Below are positions 37,962 through 47,919 of a stretch of 56,155 nt of DNA, one piece after another. Numbering within the stretch: position 1 is the first letter of the stretch; each line of letters begins with the position of its first letter. Made by a program: the position numbers and the translations under genes. Under the pieces are notes generated by a model. That model was not told the origin of the DNA. It searched no databases and saw only the letters and a program-made list of their open reading frames with translations. Origin of the DNA: a virus (lineage: Duplodnaviria; Caudoviricetes); IMG/VR virus record IMGVR_UViG_3300032287_004275, positions 1 to 56,155 of that record; one strand, written 5' to 3'.

Positions 37962-38087
37962 ATGAAAAAAGAAAAAAAACAACTTACAGAATCTGAAGTA
38001 AAACAGATTGATCAAGATATTTTATTCATCCGTCAAGCTATTCAAAAAGCTAAAAATGCATTAAAAAAACATGGAAAGAATATCTAA
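37962..38087 (+). CDS. small hypothetical (41 aa)
   Basis: Hand-translated MKKEKKQLTESEV... Confidence 0.45.
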   Translation: MKKEKKQLTESEVKQIDQDILFIRQAIQKAKNALKKHGKNI

Positions 38088-38328
38088 ATTACTTGCTGAA
38101 GTATTAGCTTCTAATTATATTAAAACTATAGAATCTTTATTAACCCAAATTAATTGGGATGAATTAGATAGTGATTTTTTAGATATAAAAGAAGCATGTC
38201 ATGTTTTAATTAAAAATATTTCTAGTATAGGAGAATATGAAGGAGAAAATGCTTCAAAATACTTAAGATTATTAAAAGATGAAGCTAAAGATCTTATATA
38301 TGTTTTAAAAAGTTTAACAAATTATTAA
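38071..38328 (+). CDS. hypothetical protein
   Basis: ORF track. Confidence 0.6.
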   Translation: MERISKLLAEVLASNYIKTIESLLTQINWDELDSDFLDIKEACHVLIKNISSIGEYEGENASKYLRLLKDEAKDLIYVLKSLTNY

Positions 38329-38343
38329 AAATAAAATAAAGTT

Positions 38344-38883
38344 ATGAAAATAGGATTTTGTGGAACAATGTCTGTAGGTAAAACTACATTAGTTAATGCT
38401 TTAAAAGAACAACCTGAATTTAAAGACTATGAATTTAGAACAGAACGTTCAAAATATTTACGTGATTTAGGTATACCTTTAAATACTGATTCAACTGTAA
38501 AAGGTCAATTTGTATTTTTAGCTGAACGTGCTTCTGAATTATTTCATAAAAATGTTATTACTGATAGAACAGTAATTGATGTAATGGCTTTTACACGTTT
38601 AGCTGAATCAATTCCATATTATGTTGGAGATGAAATATGTCAAGCGGCTTCACATTTAATAAGAGAATATGACTATATATTCTATATTTCACCTAAAGGA
38701 GTTGAAATAGAGGATAACGGTGTTAGAACAACAGATGCAGAATATAGAAAAGAAGTTGACAAAGAAATTAAAAATCTGTTAAACAAGTATGGTCATAAAA
38801 ATCAAAGAATAGTTAAATTAAAAGGTAGTACCGAGGAGAGAATACAAAAAGTTAAACAAACGCTATTTTCACAATATTTATAA
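38344..38883 (+). CDS. NadR/AAA_28-type nucleoside/nucleotide kinase
   Basis: GTMSVGKTT, ITDRTVID, YDYIFY..EDNGVR. Confidence 0.8.
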   Translation: MKIGFCGTMSVGKTTLVNALKEQPEFKDYEFRTERSKYLRDLGIPLNTDSTVKGQFVFLAERASELFHKNVITDRTVIDVMAFTRLAESIPYYVGDEICQAASHLIREYDYIFYISPKGVEIEDNGVRTTDAEYRKEVDKEIKNLLNKYGHKNQRIVKLKGSTEERIQKVKQTLFSQYL

Positions 38884-38898
38884 ATAAACTATACTAAA

Positions 38899-39813
38899 AT
38901 GAAAAAAACTCGTTTACTCGAAATCGTACGTGAAGAAATTGCTTTCGCTTTAAGAGAAGGTGAAGCAGAAGAAAAAGCAGCAAAAGCTGCTGCCCTTAAG
39001 GCTATTGACGCAAAACAAAAAGCATTAGATGCTGAAAGAAAAGATACTATGAAGGGTGGTGCTCTTGAAGAAGATCAATTAAATGAAATTGAGCAGTTAG
39101 CTGAAATGGCTAGTATAGTTCAATTAAAAACTCAATTAGAGAAACAAGGCAAAACGGGTGAATTAGAAGCAGTTAAAGCAGCCGAAAAAGCTACCATTGA
39201 TAAATTAAAACAAAACCCAGTATTCTCAGGTGAAGGTAAAAATGCAAGATTAAAAGGATATGTGTCTGCATTGAAAAAAGAACTTAAAGCAGAACATGAT
39301 ATTAATCTACAAGATTTATTAACCAAAGTTATGTTAGATGCAGAAGCTGCTGGAGAAAAATTTAAAGATGATATTGCAACAAATACAATTGAAAAAGACG
39401 CTGCAGCACAAGTATTAGGTACTGAAAAAGGTCAACGTGGTAGAAAAGCAGATCCTAACAAACCGGAAAAATCAGAACCAACAGGTAAAAAAGGAAGACC
39501 AGCAGGTTCAGGTGAGAAAAAAGCAGTTAGAACTCCTGGAGATGATGGATTTGATAAAGTAGAATACGTTGATGTAGAAGATGCTGAAGGACCTTCATCT
39601 AAAGAACTAGAGAAAGACGAAACTGCAAAAGAATTAGGTTCTACACCTGAAGAGAAAAAAGTTAAATTCAATCAATTTTTAGCATCTGTTAGGAAAAATA
39701 AAGAAGATAAAGCTAAAATTGATGGTATATTAAAACTAGCAAAAGATAAATTTAAATTTACCAAAGCTATGCTTGATGATTTAAAACGAGCAGCTGGTAG
39801 AGGTGTTGAATAA
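38899..39813 (+). CDS. charged putative head protein with AT-hook-like motifs
   Basis: LLEIVREE leader; QRGRK and KKGRP. Confidence 0.65.
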   Translation: MKKTRLLEIVREEIAFALREGEAEEKAAKAAALKAIDAKQKALDAERKDTMKGGALEEDQLNEIEQLAEMASIVQLKTQLEKQGKTGELEAVKAAEKATIDKLKQNPVFSGEGKNARLKGYVSALKKELKAEHDINLQDLLTKVMLDAEAAGEKFKDDIATNTIEKDAAAQVLGTEKGQRGRKADPNKPEKSEPTGKKGRPAGSGEKKAVRTPGDDGFDKVEYVDVEDAEGPSSKELEKDETAKELGSTPEEKKVKFNQFLASVRKNKEDKAKIDGILKLAKDKFKFTKAMLDDLKRAAGRGVE

Positions 39814-40169
39814 TGGTAAAAGATAAATCCATAACTTTAAATGTATCGCACCTAATTTTGGGTGCGATCATTTTACTCCTGTTATGGTTACTTTTAAAAC
39901 CAACTAATATAGACATATCAAAATACGATAAACAAAAACAAGAAATTGATAGTCTAAACAGAATACTAGTTGATTTACAAAAAAAACAAATTGAACTAGA
40001 CAAATCTATTTTTACCCACCAATATAGAATAGATTCATTGAATGGTGAAGTAAACAACACAAACCGAGAAATAACCGATATACGTGCTTATTATGATAAA
40101 AAACTTAGGGATATTAGTACTTACACTCCTTCTCAGCTCAACGACTTTTTCTCAAAAAGATACAAATAA
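39813..40169 (+). CDS. i-spanin-like protein
   Basis: N-terminal TM plus coiled coil; overlaps next gene. Confidence 0.55.
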   Translation: MVKDKSITLNVSHLILGAIILLLLWLLLKPTNIDISKYDKQKQEIDSLNRILVDLQKKQIELDKSIFTHQYRIDSLNGEVNNTNREITDIRAYYDKKLRDISTYTPSQLNDFFSKRYK

Positions 40170-40521
40170 AATCTGTTTTGACTATAAAACCGCTCAAAAA
40201 ATAGCTGAAGATTTAACTAAAGGAGACGCTGCAGTAGAAGAGTTAAAAAAAACTCAAAAGCTGGTTGGGCAATTACAAGAAACTATTGTTGGAAAAGATA
40301 GTGTTATAAACGACTATAAAGCAAAAGATAGTATTTGCAACCAACAAAATAAAATAAATCTTGAAGCTAAAAATAAACAAGCTAATGTTATTACTGGTTT
40401 AGAAAAAGATGTTACTAATTTAACCAGAGAAAACGAAAATCTTAAAACAGGTGTTAAATGGCTTGGTGGAGGATTCGTGGGAATATTAATTTCTTTTCTT
40501 ACATTTACCATGGTAAAATAA
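40093..40521 (+). CDS. spanin-partner-like secreted coiled-coil protein
   Basis: Signal peptide ending TFS/Q, coiled coil, C-terminal TM. Confidence 0.5.
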   Translation: MIKNLGILVLTLLLSSTTFSQKDTNKICFDYKTAQKIAEDLTKGDAAVEELKKTQKLVGQLQETIVGKDSVINDYKAKDSICNQQNKINLEAKNKQANVITGLEKDVTNLTRENENLKTGVKWLGGGFVGILISFLTFTMVK

Positions 40522-40522
40522 T

Positions 40523-42115
40523 ATGGCTAACGATTTAAAACAAGCAATTAGAGAAGAATATATAAAATGCGCTGCATCCCCAGCATATTTTATGAAAAAA
40601 TATTGCTATATCCAACATCCAAAACGTGGCCGTATTCAATTTAATTTATACCCATTTCAAGAGCGTGTTTTAACTTTATTTCAAGAAAACCCATATTCAA
40701 TTGTTTTAAAATCTAGGCAGTTAGGTATATCAACATTAGCCGCGGGTTATTCTCTTTGGTTGATGATGTTTCACCAAGATAAGAACATACTTTGTATTGC
40801 AACTAAACAGGATACAGCCAAAAACATGGTTACAAAGGTTAAGTTTATGTACGAAAACTTACCTTCATGGCTTAAATTCCCAAATAAACCAGACGAAGCC
40901 AATAAATTAACTCTCCGCTTACCCAATGGTTCCCAAATTAAAGCAACTTCAGCATCTAGTGATGCAGGTCGTTCAGAAGCAGTTTCTTTATTGATTATAG
41001 ATGAGGCAGCATTCATTAACAATATAGGTGAGATATGGGCCTCAGCTCAACAAACCTTAGCAACTGGTGGAGGTTGTATTGCTTTATCTACACCTTATGG
41101 TACAGGTAACTGGTTTCATAAAACATGGGTTGCATCAGAAATGGGAGAAAATAGTTTTTTACCTATTCGTTTACCTTGGAGTGTGCACCCTGAAAGAGAT
41201 CAAGCATGGAGAGATCAACAAGATGCTGATTTAGGACCTAAAATGGCAGCACAAGAATGTGATTGTGATTTTAGCACTTCAGGTGACACTGTATTTTTAG
41301 CAGATGAAATTGAATTTTACGAAAAAACATATGTGAGAGAACCACTTGAAAAACGTGGAGTTGATCAAAATTTATGGATTTGGGAACCTGCGGATTACTC
41401 GCGTAACTATTTAATTACAGCGGACGTTGCTAGAGGTGATGGAGCCGATTATTCTACGTTTCATATCATTGATATTGAAACATATAAACAGGTAGGTGAA
41501 TATAAAGGACAAATTGGTACAAAAGATTTTGGATATTTACTTGTAGCTATAGCAACCGAATACAATAATGCTTTACTTGCTCCTGAAAACTCTAGTATAG
41601 CTTGGTCAACTATTCAAACTATCCTTGATAGAGGGTATCATAATTTGTATTATTCACCTAAAGGCAATGCTTTAACGGTTGATAGTTATTTTGATCCTTA
41701 TATGGATCATAGTAAAATGACACCTGGATTTACAATGTCTTCTGCTACTAGACCTATATCAATTGGTAAGTTTCAAGAAGCTGTTAGAGATAGAGGCGCA
41801 GTTATTCAATCTGCTAGACTAATGGAGGAAATGAAAGTATTTATATGGAGAAATGGTAGACCAGAAGCACAATCTGGATACAATGATGATTTAATTATGG
41901 GATTTTCCATTGCAGCATTTTTAAGAGAAACAGCATTTAAGCTAAGACAAAATGGTATGGAAATGACCAAAAGTATGCTTAATAGTATAAGCAGTAACAA
42001 CTATGGTTATTCAGGAGGATATTCTTCTCAACAACCAAACAAATACAATAACAATCCATTTAAAATAGATAACCCTTACTCAGATGGTCAAGAAGATATT
42101 TCTTGGTTAATATAA
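40523..42115 (+). CDS. terL: terminase large subunit (T4 gp17-like)
   Basis: KSRQLGIST, LIIDEAAF, STPYG, ADVARGDGADYS, DDLIM. Confidence 0.95.
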   Translation: MANDLKQAIREEYIKCAASPAYFMKKYCYIQHPKRGRIQFNLYPFQERVLTLFQENPYSIVLKSRQLGISTLAAGYSLWLMMFHQDKNILCIATKQDTAKNMVTKVKFMYENLPSWLKFPNKPDEANKLTLRLPNGSQIKATSASSDAGRSEAVSLLIIDEAAFINNIGEIWASAQQTLATGGGCIALSTPYGTGNWFHKTWVASEMGENSFLPIRLPWSVHPERDQAWRDQQDADLGPKMAAQECDCDFSTSGDTVFLADEIEFYEKTYVREPLEKRGVDQNLWIWEPADYSRNYLITADVARGDGADYSTFHIIDIETYKQVGEYKGQIGTKDFGYLLVAIATEYNNALLAPENSSIAWSTIQTILDRGYHNLYYSPKGNALTVDSYFDPYMDHSKMTPGFTMSSATRPISIGKFQEAVRDRGAVIQSARLMEEMKVFIWRNGRPEAQSGYNDDLIMGFSIAAFLRETAFKLRQNGMEMTKSMLNSISSNNYGYSGGYSSQQPNKYNNNPFKIDNPYSDGQEDISWLI

Positions 42116-42122
42116 ATTCAAT

Positions 42123-44021
42123 ATGGCAGATACTAGATTATTTTCAAGATTAAAACGACTATTTTCAACCGATGTAATCATCCGCAACGATGGTGGTAAT
42201 CAACTTAAAGTAGTTGATATAAATAAAATCCAAATATCGGGTGAATATGAAACAAACGCTCTTGTAGATAGATTTAATAGAATTTGGACAAATTCACATT
42301 CATCTATTTATGGGTACCAAAGTAGCTTTAACTACCAAACACTACGCCCTACACTTTATTCAGAATATGATTCAATGGACACAGATGCTATTGTTGCTTC
42401 TGCATTAGATATTATAGCTGATGAAAGTACTTTACGTAATGATATGGGTGAGGTGTTACAAATCCGTTCATCAGATGAGGATGTACAAAAAATATTATAT
42501 AATTTATTTTACGATGTATTAAATATTGAATTTAATCTATGGCCTTGGATTCGTAACATGTGTAAATACGGTGATTTTTTCCTAAAATTAGAAATTGCAG
42601 AAAAATTCGGTGTATATAATGTTATACCATATAACGCATTCCATATTGAAAGACAAGATGGATATGATAGAGATCACCCAATGTCTGTAAGATTTAGATT
42701 TGACCCAGATGGCATTTCATCACCTTCAGATTATGGTTACTATAATGTACCTAATGCTGGTGGGCAAGCTAATTCAATATATTTTGATAATTACGAAATG
42801 GCTCATTTCCGTTTATTAACTGATACTAACTTTTTACCTTATGGTAGGTCATACCTAGAACCAGGTCGTAAGTTATTTAAGCAGTATACGATGATGGAAG
42901 ATGCGATGTTAATTCACCGTATTGTTAGAGCGCCTGAAAAACGTATATTTTATATTAATGTTGGAAATATTGCACCTGCTGAAGTAGAAAACTTTATGCA
43001 GAAAACAATTTCCAAAATGAAACGTACTCCATATATTGATCAACAAACAGGTGACTATAACTTGAAGTACAATATGCAAAACTTACTTGAAGATTTTTAT
43101 ATACCTGTTAGAGGAAATGATCAAGCAACTAAAATTGATAATTTAGGTGGTTTACAATACGATGGAATTCAAGATGTTGAGTATTTAAGAGACAAATTAT
43201 TTGCTGCTCTTAAAGTTCCAAAAGCATTTATGGGATATGAGAAAGATTTAACTGGTAAGGCAACATTAGCTGCTGAAGATATTAGATTTGCTCGTACAAT
43301 TGAACGTATCCAACGTATTGTCATCTCAGAATTAACTAAAATCGCATTAGTTCACTTATATGCTCAAGGATACAATGATGAGAATTTAACAAATTTTGAT
43401 TTATCGTTAACTACACCTTCAATCATATATGACCAAGAAAGAGTAGCATTAATGAAAGAAAAAACTGAACTAGCTATCTCAATGATTGAAAATAAAATTA
43501 TGCCTACTGATTGGGTGTATGAAAATTTATTCCATTTGAGTGAAGATCAATACGATGAATATAGAGACTTGATCCTTCAAGATGCTAAACGTAAATTCCG
43601 TGTAACCCAAGTTGAAAACGAAGGAAACGATCCACTTGAAACAGGTAAATCTTACGGTACACCACATGATTTAGCTTCTTTATATGGAAGACAAAGATAT
43701 GACGTAGGAGAAGTACCTGTAGGGTATGATGAAAAAGACCCACTTGGAAGACCAAAAGAAAATGCAACAGATAGAAATACACAAGACAATGCTTTTGGAA
43801 AAGATAGAATTGGAAGAGCAGGTGTAACTAAAGACAACGATGAATCAGATTCAATTAAACCTCAATATAAAGGCGGTTCTCCTTTAGCCCTTGAAACGAA
43901 AAACAAACGAAATAAAAATTCATACGTGTTCAATGACATCAAAAATCAAAAGAAACAAATGATTTTCGAATCAGATATTAAAGGAAATTCATTGTTAGAT
44001 GAATCACAAATACGAGAGTAA
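42123..44021 (+). CDS. gp20: portal protein (T4 gp20-like)
   Basis: EDAMLIHRIVRAPEKRIFYINVGN, EDFYIPVRG, ALKVPK. Confidence 0.95.
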   Translation: MADTRLFSRLKRLFSTDVIIRNDGGNQLKVVDINKIQISGEYETNALVDRFNRIWTNSHSSIYGYQSSFNYQTLRPTLYSEYDSMDTDAIVASALDIIADESTLRNDMGEVLQIRSSDEDVQKILYNLFYDVLNIEFNLWPWIRNMCKYGDFFLKLEIAEKFGVYNVIPYNAFHIERQDGYDRDHPMSVRFRFDPDGISSPSDYGYYNVPNAGGQANSIYFDNYEMAHFRLLTDTNFLPYGRSYLEPGRKLFKQYTMMEDAMLIHRIVRAPEKRIFYINVGNIAPAEVENFMQKTISKMKRTPYIDQQTGDYNLKYNMQNLLEDFYIPVRGNDQATKIDNLGGLQYDGIQDVEYLRDKLFAALKVPKAFMGYEKDLTGKATLAAEDIRFARTIERIQRIVISELTKIALVHLYAQGYNDENLTNFDLSLTTPSIIYDQERVALMKEKTELAISMIENKIMPTDWVYENLFHLSEDQYDEYRDLILQDAKRKFRVTQVENEGNDPLETGKSYGTPHDLASLYGRQRYDVGEVPVGYDEKDPLGRPKENATDRNTQDNAFGKDRIGRAGVTKDNDESDSIKPQYKGGSPLALETKNKRNKNSYVFNDIKNQKKQMIFESDIKGNSLLDESQIRE

Positions 44022-44058
44022 TAATTTTTCATATATTTATAAATAAACAAATATTAGA

Positions 44059-44916
44059 ATGCAAGTAAAACATTCAAAGTATAAAAATACTGGTATACTC
44101 TTTGAACTCCTAGTTCGACAAATCACTACAGATACACTAGAAGGGAAAGATTCTCTAGCAAAAGATATACTTAAAAAGTATTTCGTTAAAACGGAATTAG
44201 GTCGTGAATATAGATTGTATGAAACATTGTTGAAGAAAACTACACTAACTGAAACAAAAGCTAATGTTGTGGTTTCTACTTTAATTGATTCTTCTAAAAC
44301 ATTAAATAGAGGAGTACTTAAAAGACAAAAATATAATTTAATTAATGAAATACAAAAAAGTTACGATTTAAATACGTTCTTTAACCATAAATTACCTAAT
44401 TATAAAGTATACGCTGCTTTTTATACATTATTGGAAATTACCCATTCTCAAACTCCAATAGATCCTGAACAAACTATTTCAAATAAAGTAACAATTTTAG
44501 AACATTTAACAGCAGCCCAAATTAAAGGGGATGTTGTGAAAGATGAAGTGTTAGAGGAAATAGAAAACTCAGATAAAGACATTAAGTTTCTTGCATATAA
44601 AATATTAATGGAGAAATTTAATGACAAGTATAACGATTTCAACCTTAACCAAAAATTAATCCTAAAAGAATATATTAATTCAGTAGATAATACACCACGT
44701 TTAAAAGAATTTTACACAAATAAAATAAACGAAATTAAAACTGAATTAAAAAATATAAACAAAAACACTAAAAACCCAGTTACAAAAATTAAAATTAACG
44801 AGATTATTTCTGTAATTAACCCACCAGCAAAAAATGCTAAAATAACAGACAATGATTTAGTTGATTTACTTCAGTATTGTGATCTAATTAATGAACTAGA
44901 AGCTGTAAATGGATAA
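44059..44916 (+). CDS. prohead core-associated protein
   Basis: KHSKYKNTGILFELL; position between portal and protease. Confidence 0.6.
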   Translation: MQVKHSKYKNTGILFELLVRQITTDTLEGKDSLAKDILKKYFVKTELGREYRLYETLLKKTTLTETKANVVVSTLIDSSKTLNRGVLKRQKYNLINEIQKSYDLNTFFNHKLPNYKVYAAFYTLLEITHSQTPIDPEQTISNKVTILEHLTAAQIKGDVVKDEVLEEIENSDKDIKFLAYKILMEKFNDKYNDFNLNQKLILKEYINSVDNTPRLKEFYTNKINEIKTELKNINKNTKNPVTKIKINEIISVINPPAKNAKITDNDLVDLLQYCDLINELEAVNG

Positions 44917-45364
44917 GATTAAAGAAATAATCCGTAAAAAACTCAAAGAAATGAGTGCTACCAATGTTGGTGGTGCTTCTTTTTCAGCAGGAACTGGAGA
45001 AGGCTATGCTACACCAGCTGCTTTTGCTTCTAAAACTAACGCTAAGGGAGCTAAAAATATTTATTACTATAAGTTAGGATTTAAACCTGTCCCAAATATT
45101 AAACCAAAATCTTACGACAAGAAAAAATTGTGGGAAGACGAAAAGGAAAAAACGGGAGCAGATAAATTTCAAGATGATCGAGTAAAAGAATTTGAGCAAA
45201 TTGAAAATTTAATTAAAGAACTATCCCCACTTATATCAAACGCAAAAAACGAAACTATAGAATATTATGCTGCTAACCCAGGATCGTATGATATCTATAA
45301 ACCGTCTTCAATGGTTTTAGCATATATTCAAAAAGCAGTAGACTTATTAAAACAAAAACAATGA
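44909..45364 (+). CDS. head-module protein
   Basis: KIKEIIRKKLKEMS leader; YATPAAF. Confidence 0.65.
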   Translation: MDKIKEIIRKKLKEMSATNVGGASFSAGTGEGYATPAAFASKTNAKGAKNIYYYKLGFKPVPNIKPKSYDKKKLWEDEKEKTGADKFQDDRVKEFEQIENLIKELSPLISNAKNETIEYYAANPGSYDIYKPSSMVLAYIQKAVDLLKQKQ

Positions 45365-47097
45365 AAAAAACATTACAAGATCAGTATCTATTAATCAAAG
45401 AAGGTAAAGGACATAAAGGTGTTTTCTTAACTGAAGCTAAACGTGATTTTCCTCATATTGTACCAAATGCTGCTACATTTGAGGAAGCAGCTGCATCTCT
45501 TAAAACCAAAAACATAATCTCAGAAAATGTAATTGGTTTAAGCGTAGTTAACGGGTATGAGCCAAGAAAAAAAGAATCATATGAAACTGCATTTGAAGCA
45601 TTTTTGGCTGAAGCTAAAAAGAAAAAAGAAGAAGACGAAAAAGCTGAATTGAAAAAAACTTCAAAACAAGTAGAAGAAGATCTTGAACATAATTTTGACA
45701 GTAAAGACGAGAAAAACCCAGACAATTTAATATTCGATCAAATTATGATGGGGTATTATGCTGAAATGAAAGATCCTAAAAATGCTGAAAAAACCATGCA
45801 AGAATTAAAAGACATGGTATTTAAAAATTTAGCAAAAGACCCAATTTACTATACAAAAGATGGTCAATTTGGTGTTAAAGGTTTAGGATATACTACTGAA
45901 GCACCTGGTTTAGGTACTCCAAAAGAAGCTACTGGAAAATATAAATCTTCTGGTTATGGTAATTTAAGCGAAAATAAAGCAGGCGCATATGAAGAAACAT
46001 ATGATGAACTTAAAAAGCAATTAACAACAGATAAAGAAAATAAATTCTCCCCAGAAGACATTAAAGCTAAATTAAAGAAAAAACGCGAGGAAGAACTTGA
46101 ACGTAGAAAAAAAGCAGGTGAATCACTTGAAGAAATTACTTTACGTAAAGCAATTCAAGAAATGATTGATGCTGAATTGGAAGAAGCATATCAATTAGTA
46201 AATATCCGTCCTCAAGTAAGTGATAAAGAAAGAGAAGAAAGAGACCCACAACCATTTCTTACTGTATATTTAAAAGATACAACAGAAGAACTTTTAAAGA
46301 AAAACCAACACTTAAGAGTACTTAGAAACCCTAAAAACCCAGAAGAAATTACAGGTGTTGCTATTCGTTCTAGATTACTTTCTCCACAAAATTTAAAAAA
46401 ACTACCATATGATATTAACCCAATGTTTATAGGTTTTTTAAATACTGCTAATAACATTGGAGGTAAAATAACACTCCCTACAAGAGAAGGAGTTACAGAT
46501 GATTATACTTTGTTAAACAACGTTAATGTAGGTAGAGATGGAAGACTTTCATTTAAAACCCCAAATCCTAAGTATCAAAAACCAATGGGAGATGACATGG
46601 CTGAATCTTTACGTGAAAGTGTAGAAAAAGATCTTGCCGCAATTAATAAAGAAGCAGAACACGAAATTTTACAATCTAAACTAGATAAAATTGATGATTT
46701 AATTGATAGTAAAAAATCTAAACTTTCTAAACTTGACGAAGATGAAGATATGAAAGATTTAACTGATGCTAAAAAAGTTAAAGAGATTCAAAAAGATATT
46801 AAAGCTTTAGAAAAAGCAAAATCTAAAGTTGAAAAAATGATGGGTAAAACTAAAGGTAAGAAAAAAGAAGTAATTGACGAAATGGATAATTCCGATGATA
46901 TGGTATCGGATATTAATCCTGGATATATTAGAGATGCTGAAGAAAGATTAAGAGATGGGGAAAGTATTGATTCAATTGTTGGTAATTACCCAAATCTATC
47001 GTTTGATGATAAAAATAACTTAAAAAATTTTCTTACTTGGCAACAAGATTCAGATATTGGACAAAGTGAAGAATTAGACACTGAAGAAAATTACTAA
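45361..47097 (+). CDS. large charged prohead core polyprotein
   Basis: Many LxE sites; NLAKDPIYYT. Confidence 0.6.
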   Translation: MKKTLQDQYLLIKEGKGHKGVFLTEAKRDFPHIVPNAATFEEAAASLKTKNIISENVIGLSVVNGYEPRKKESYETAFEAFLAEAKKKKEEDEKAELKKTSKQVEEDLEHNFDSKDEKNPDNLIFDQIMMGYYAEMKDPKNAEKTMQELKDMVFKNLAKDPIYYTKDGQFGVKGLGYTTEAPGLGTPKEATGKYKSSGYGNLSENKAGAYEETYDELKKQLTTDKENKFSPEDIKAKLKKKREEELERRKKAGESLEEITLRKAIQEMIDAELEEAYQLVNIRPQVSDKEREERDPQPFLTVYLKDTTEELLKKNQHLRVLRNPKNPEEITGVAIRSRLLSPQNLKKLPYDINPMFIGFLNTANNIGGKITLPTREGVTDDYTLLNNVNVGRDGRLSFKTPNPKYQKPMGDDMAESLRESVEKDLAAINKEAEHEILQSKLDKIDDLIDSKKSKLSKLDEDEDMKDLTDAKKVKEIQKDIKALEKAKSKVEKMMGKTKGKKKEVIDEMDNSDDMVSDINPGYIRDAEERLRDGESIDSIVGNYPNLSFDDKNNLKNFLTWQQDSDIGQSEELDTEENY

Positions 47098-47098
47098 A

Positions 47099-47731
47099 AT
47101 GAACAAACAACTCTTAATAGAAACCAGACATTTTGTTCCCCAGCCGGTTCGCCTTTTAGAAGGGCTAAAAGGTAATGGAAACGTTTTTGTTGAAGGTATT
47201 TTAGCTACCGTTGAGGTAAAAAACGGTAACGGAAGATACTACAAACGCGAGTTGTGGGAACGTGAAATTGATAATTTTCAACAAAAAATATCTCAAAAAA
47301 CAACAGAAACATGTGGTGAATTAGACCACCCAGATTCTCAAGTAATCAATTTAAAAAATGCATCCCATGCTATTCGCAAAATGTGGTGGGATGGAGATGA
47401 AATATGGGGAATAGTTGAAATATTCTCAGACCCAGGACCAAAAGGAACAGTATCTGGTCGTATAGCAGGTGCTTTAGTTAACAATGGTTTAACAATTGGT
47501 ATTTCCTCTCGTGGAATGGGTTCCTTAAAACAAATGGGTGAGGTAATGGAAGTGCAAGATGATTTTGAATTACTTACCTTTGACCTTGTATCAAACCCTT
47601 CTAACCCAGATTCATGGATGAAAAATGGAGCGTTAAATGAATCTAGAACAACATATTTAGACCCATACGCGCGTACAAATTCAATTATAACCGAAATTTT
47701 ATGTGCTAAAGGCACATGCCCGATATTTTAA
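47099..47731 (+). CDS. gp21: prohead protease (T4 gp21-like)
   Basis: NGNGRYY, GELDHP, GISSRGMGS, FDLVSNPS. Confidence 0.95.
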   Translation: MNKQLLIETRHFVPQPVRLLEGLKGNGNVFVEGILATVEVKNGNGRYYKRELWEREIDNFQQKISQKTTETCGELDHPDSQVINLKNASHAIRKMWWDGDEIWGIVEIFSDPGPKGTVSGRIAGALVNNGLTIGISSRGMGSLKQMGEVMEVQDDFELLTFDLVSNPSNPDSWMKNGALNESRTTYLDPYARTNSIITEILCAKGTCPIF

Positions 47732-47755
47732 AATATGCAAACCGGTACAGAAATT

Positions 47756-47778
47756 GCTCTCATTTGAGAGCTTTTTTT
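47756..47778 (+). terminator. intrinsic terminator
   Basis: GCTCTC-ATTT-GAGAGC followed by T7. Confidence 0.75.
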
Positions 47779-47919
47779 GTCTCTTGCGACTTTAACGGGT
47801 TTTGTACATACATATAACAGAATATACCACCCCCCTTAATCTATGTGGTATCAAATAAATGATTTCTATTACGTTTTAAAATAAACGTATTTTCCCAACA
47901 AAAAATAAATTTAGGAAAA

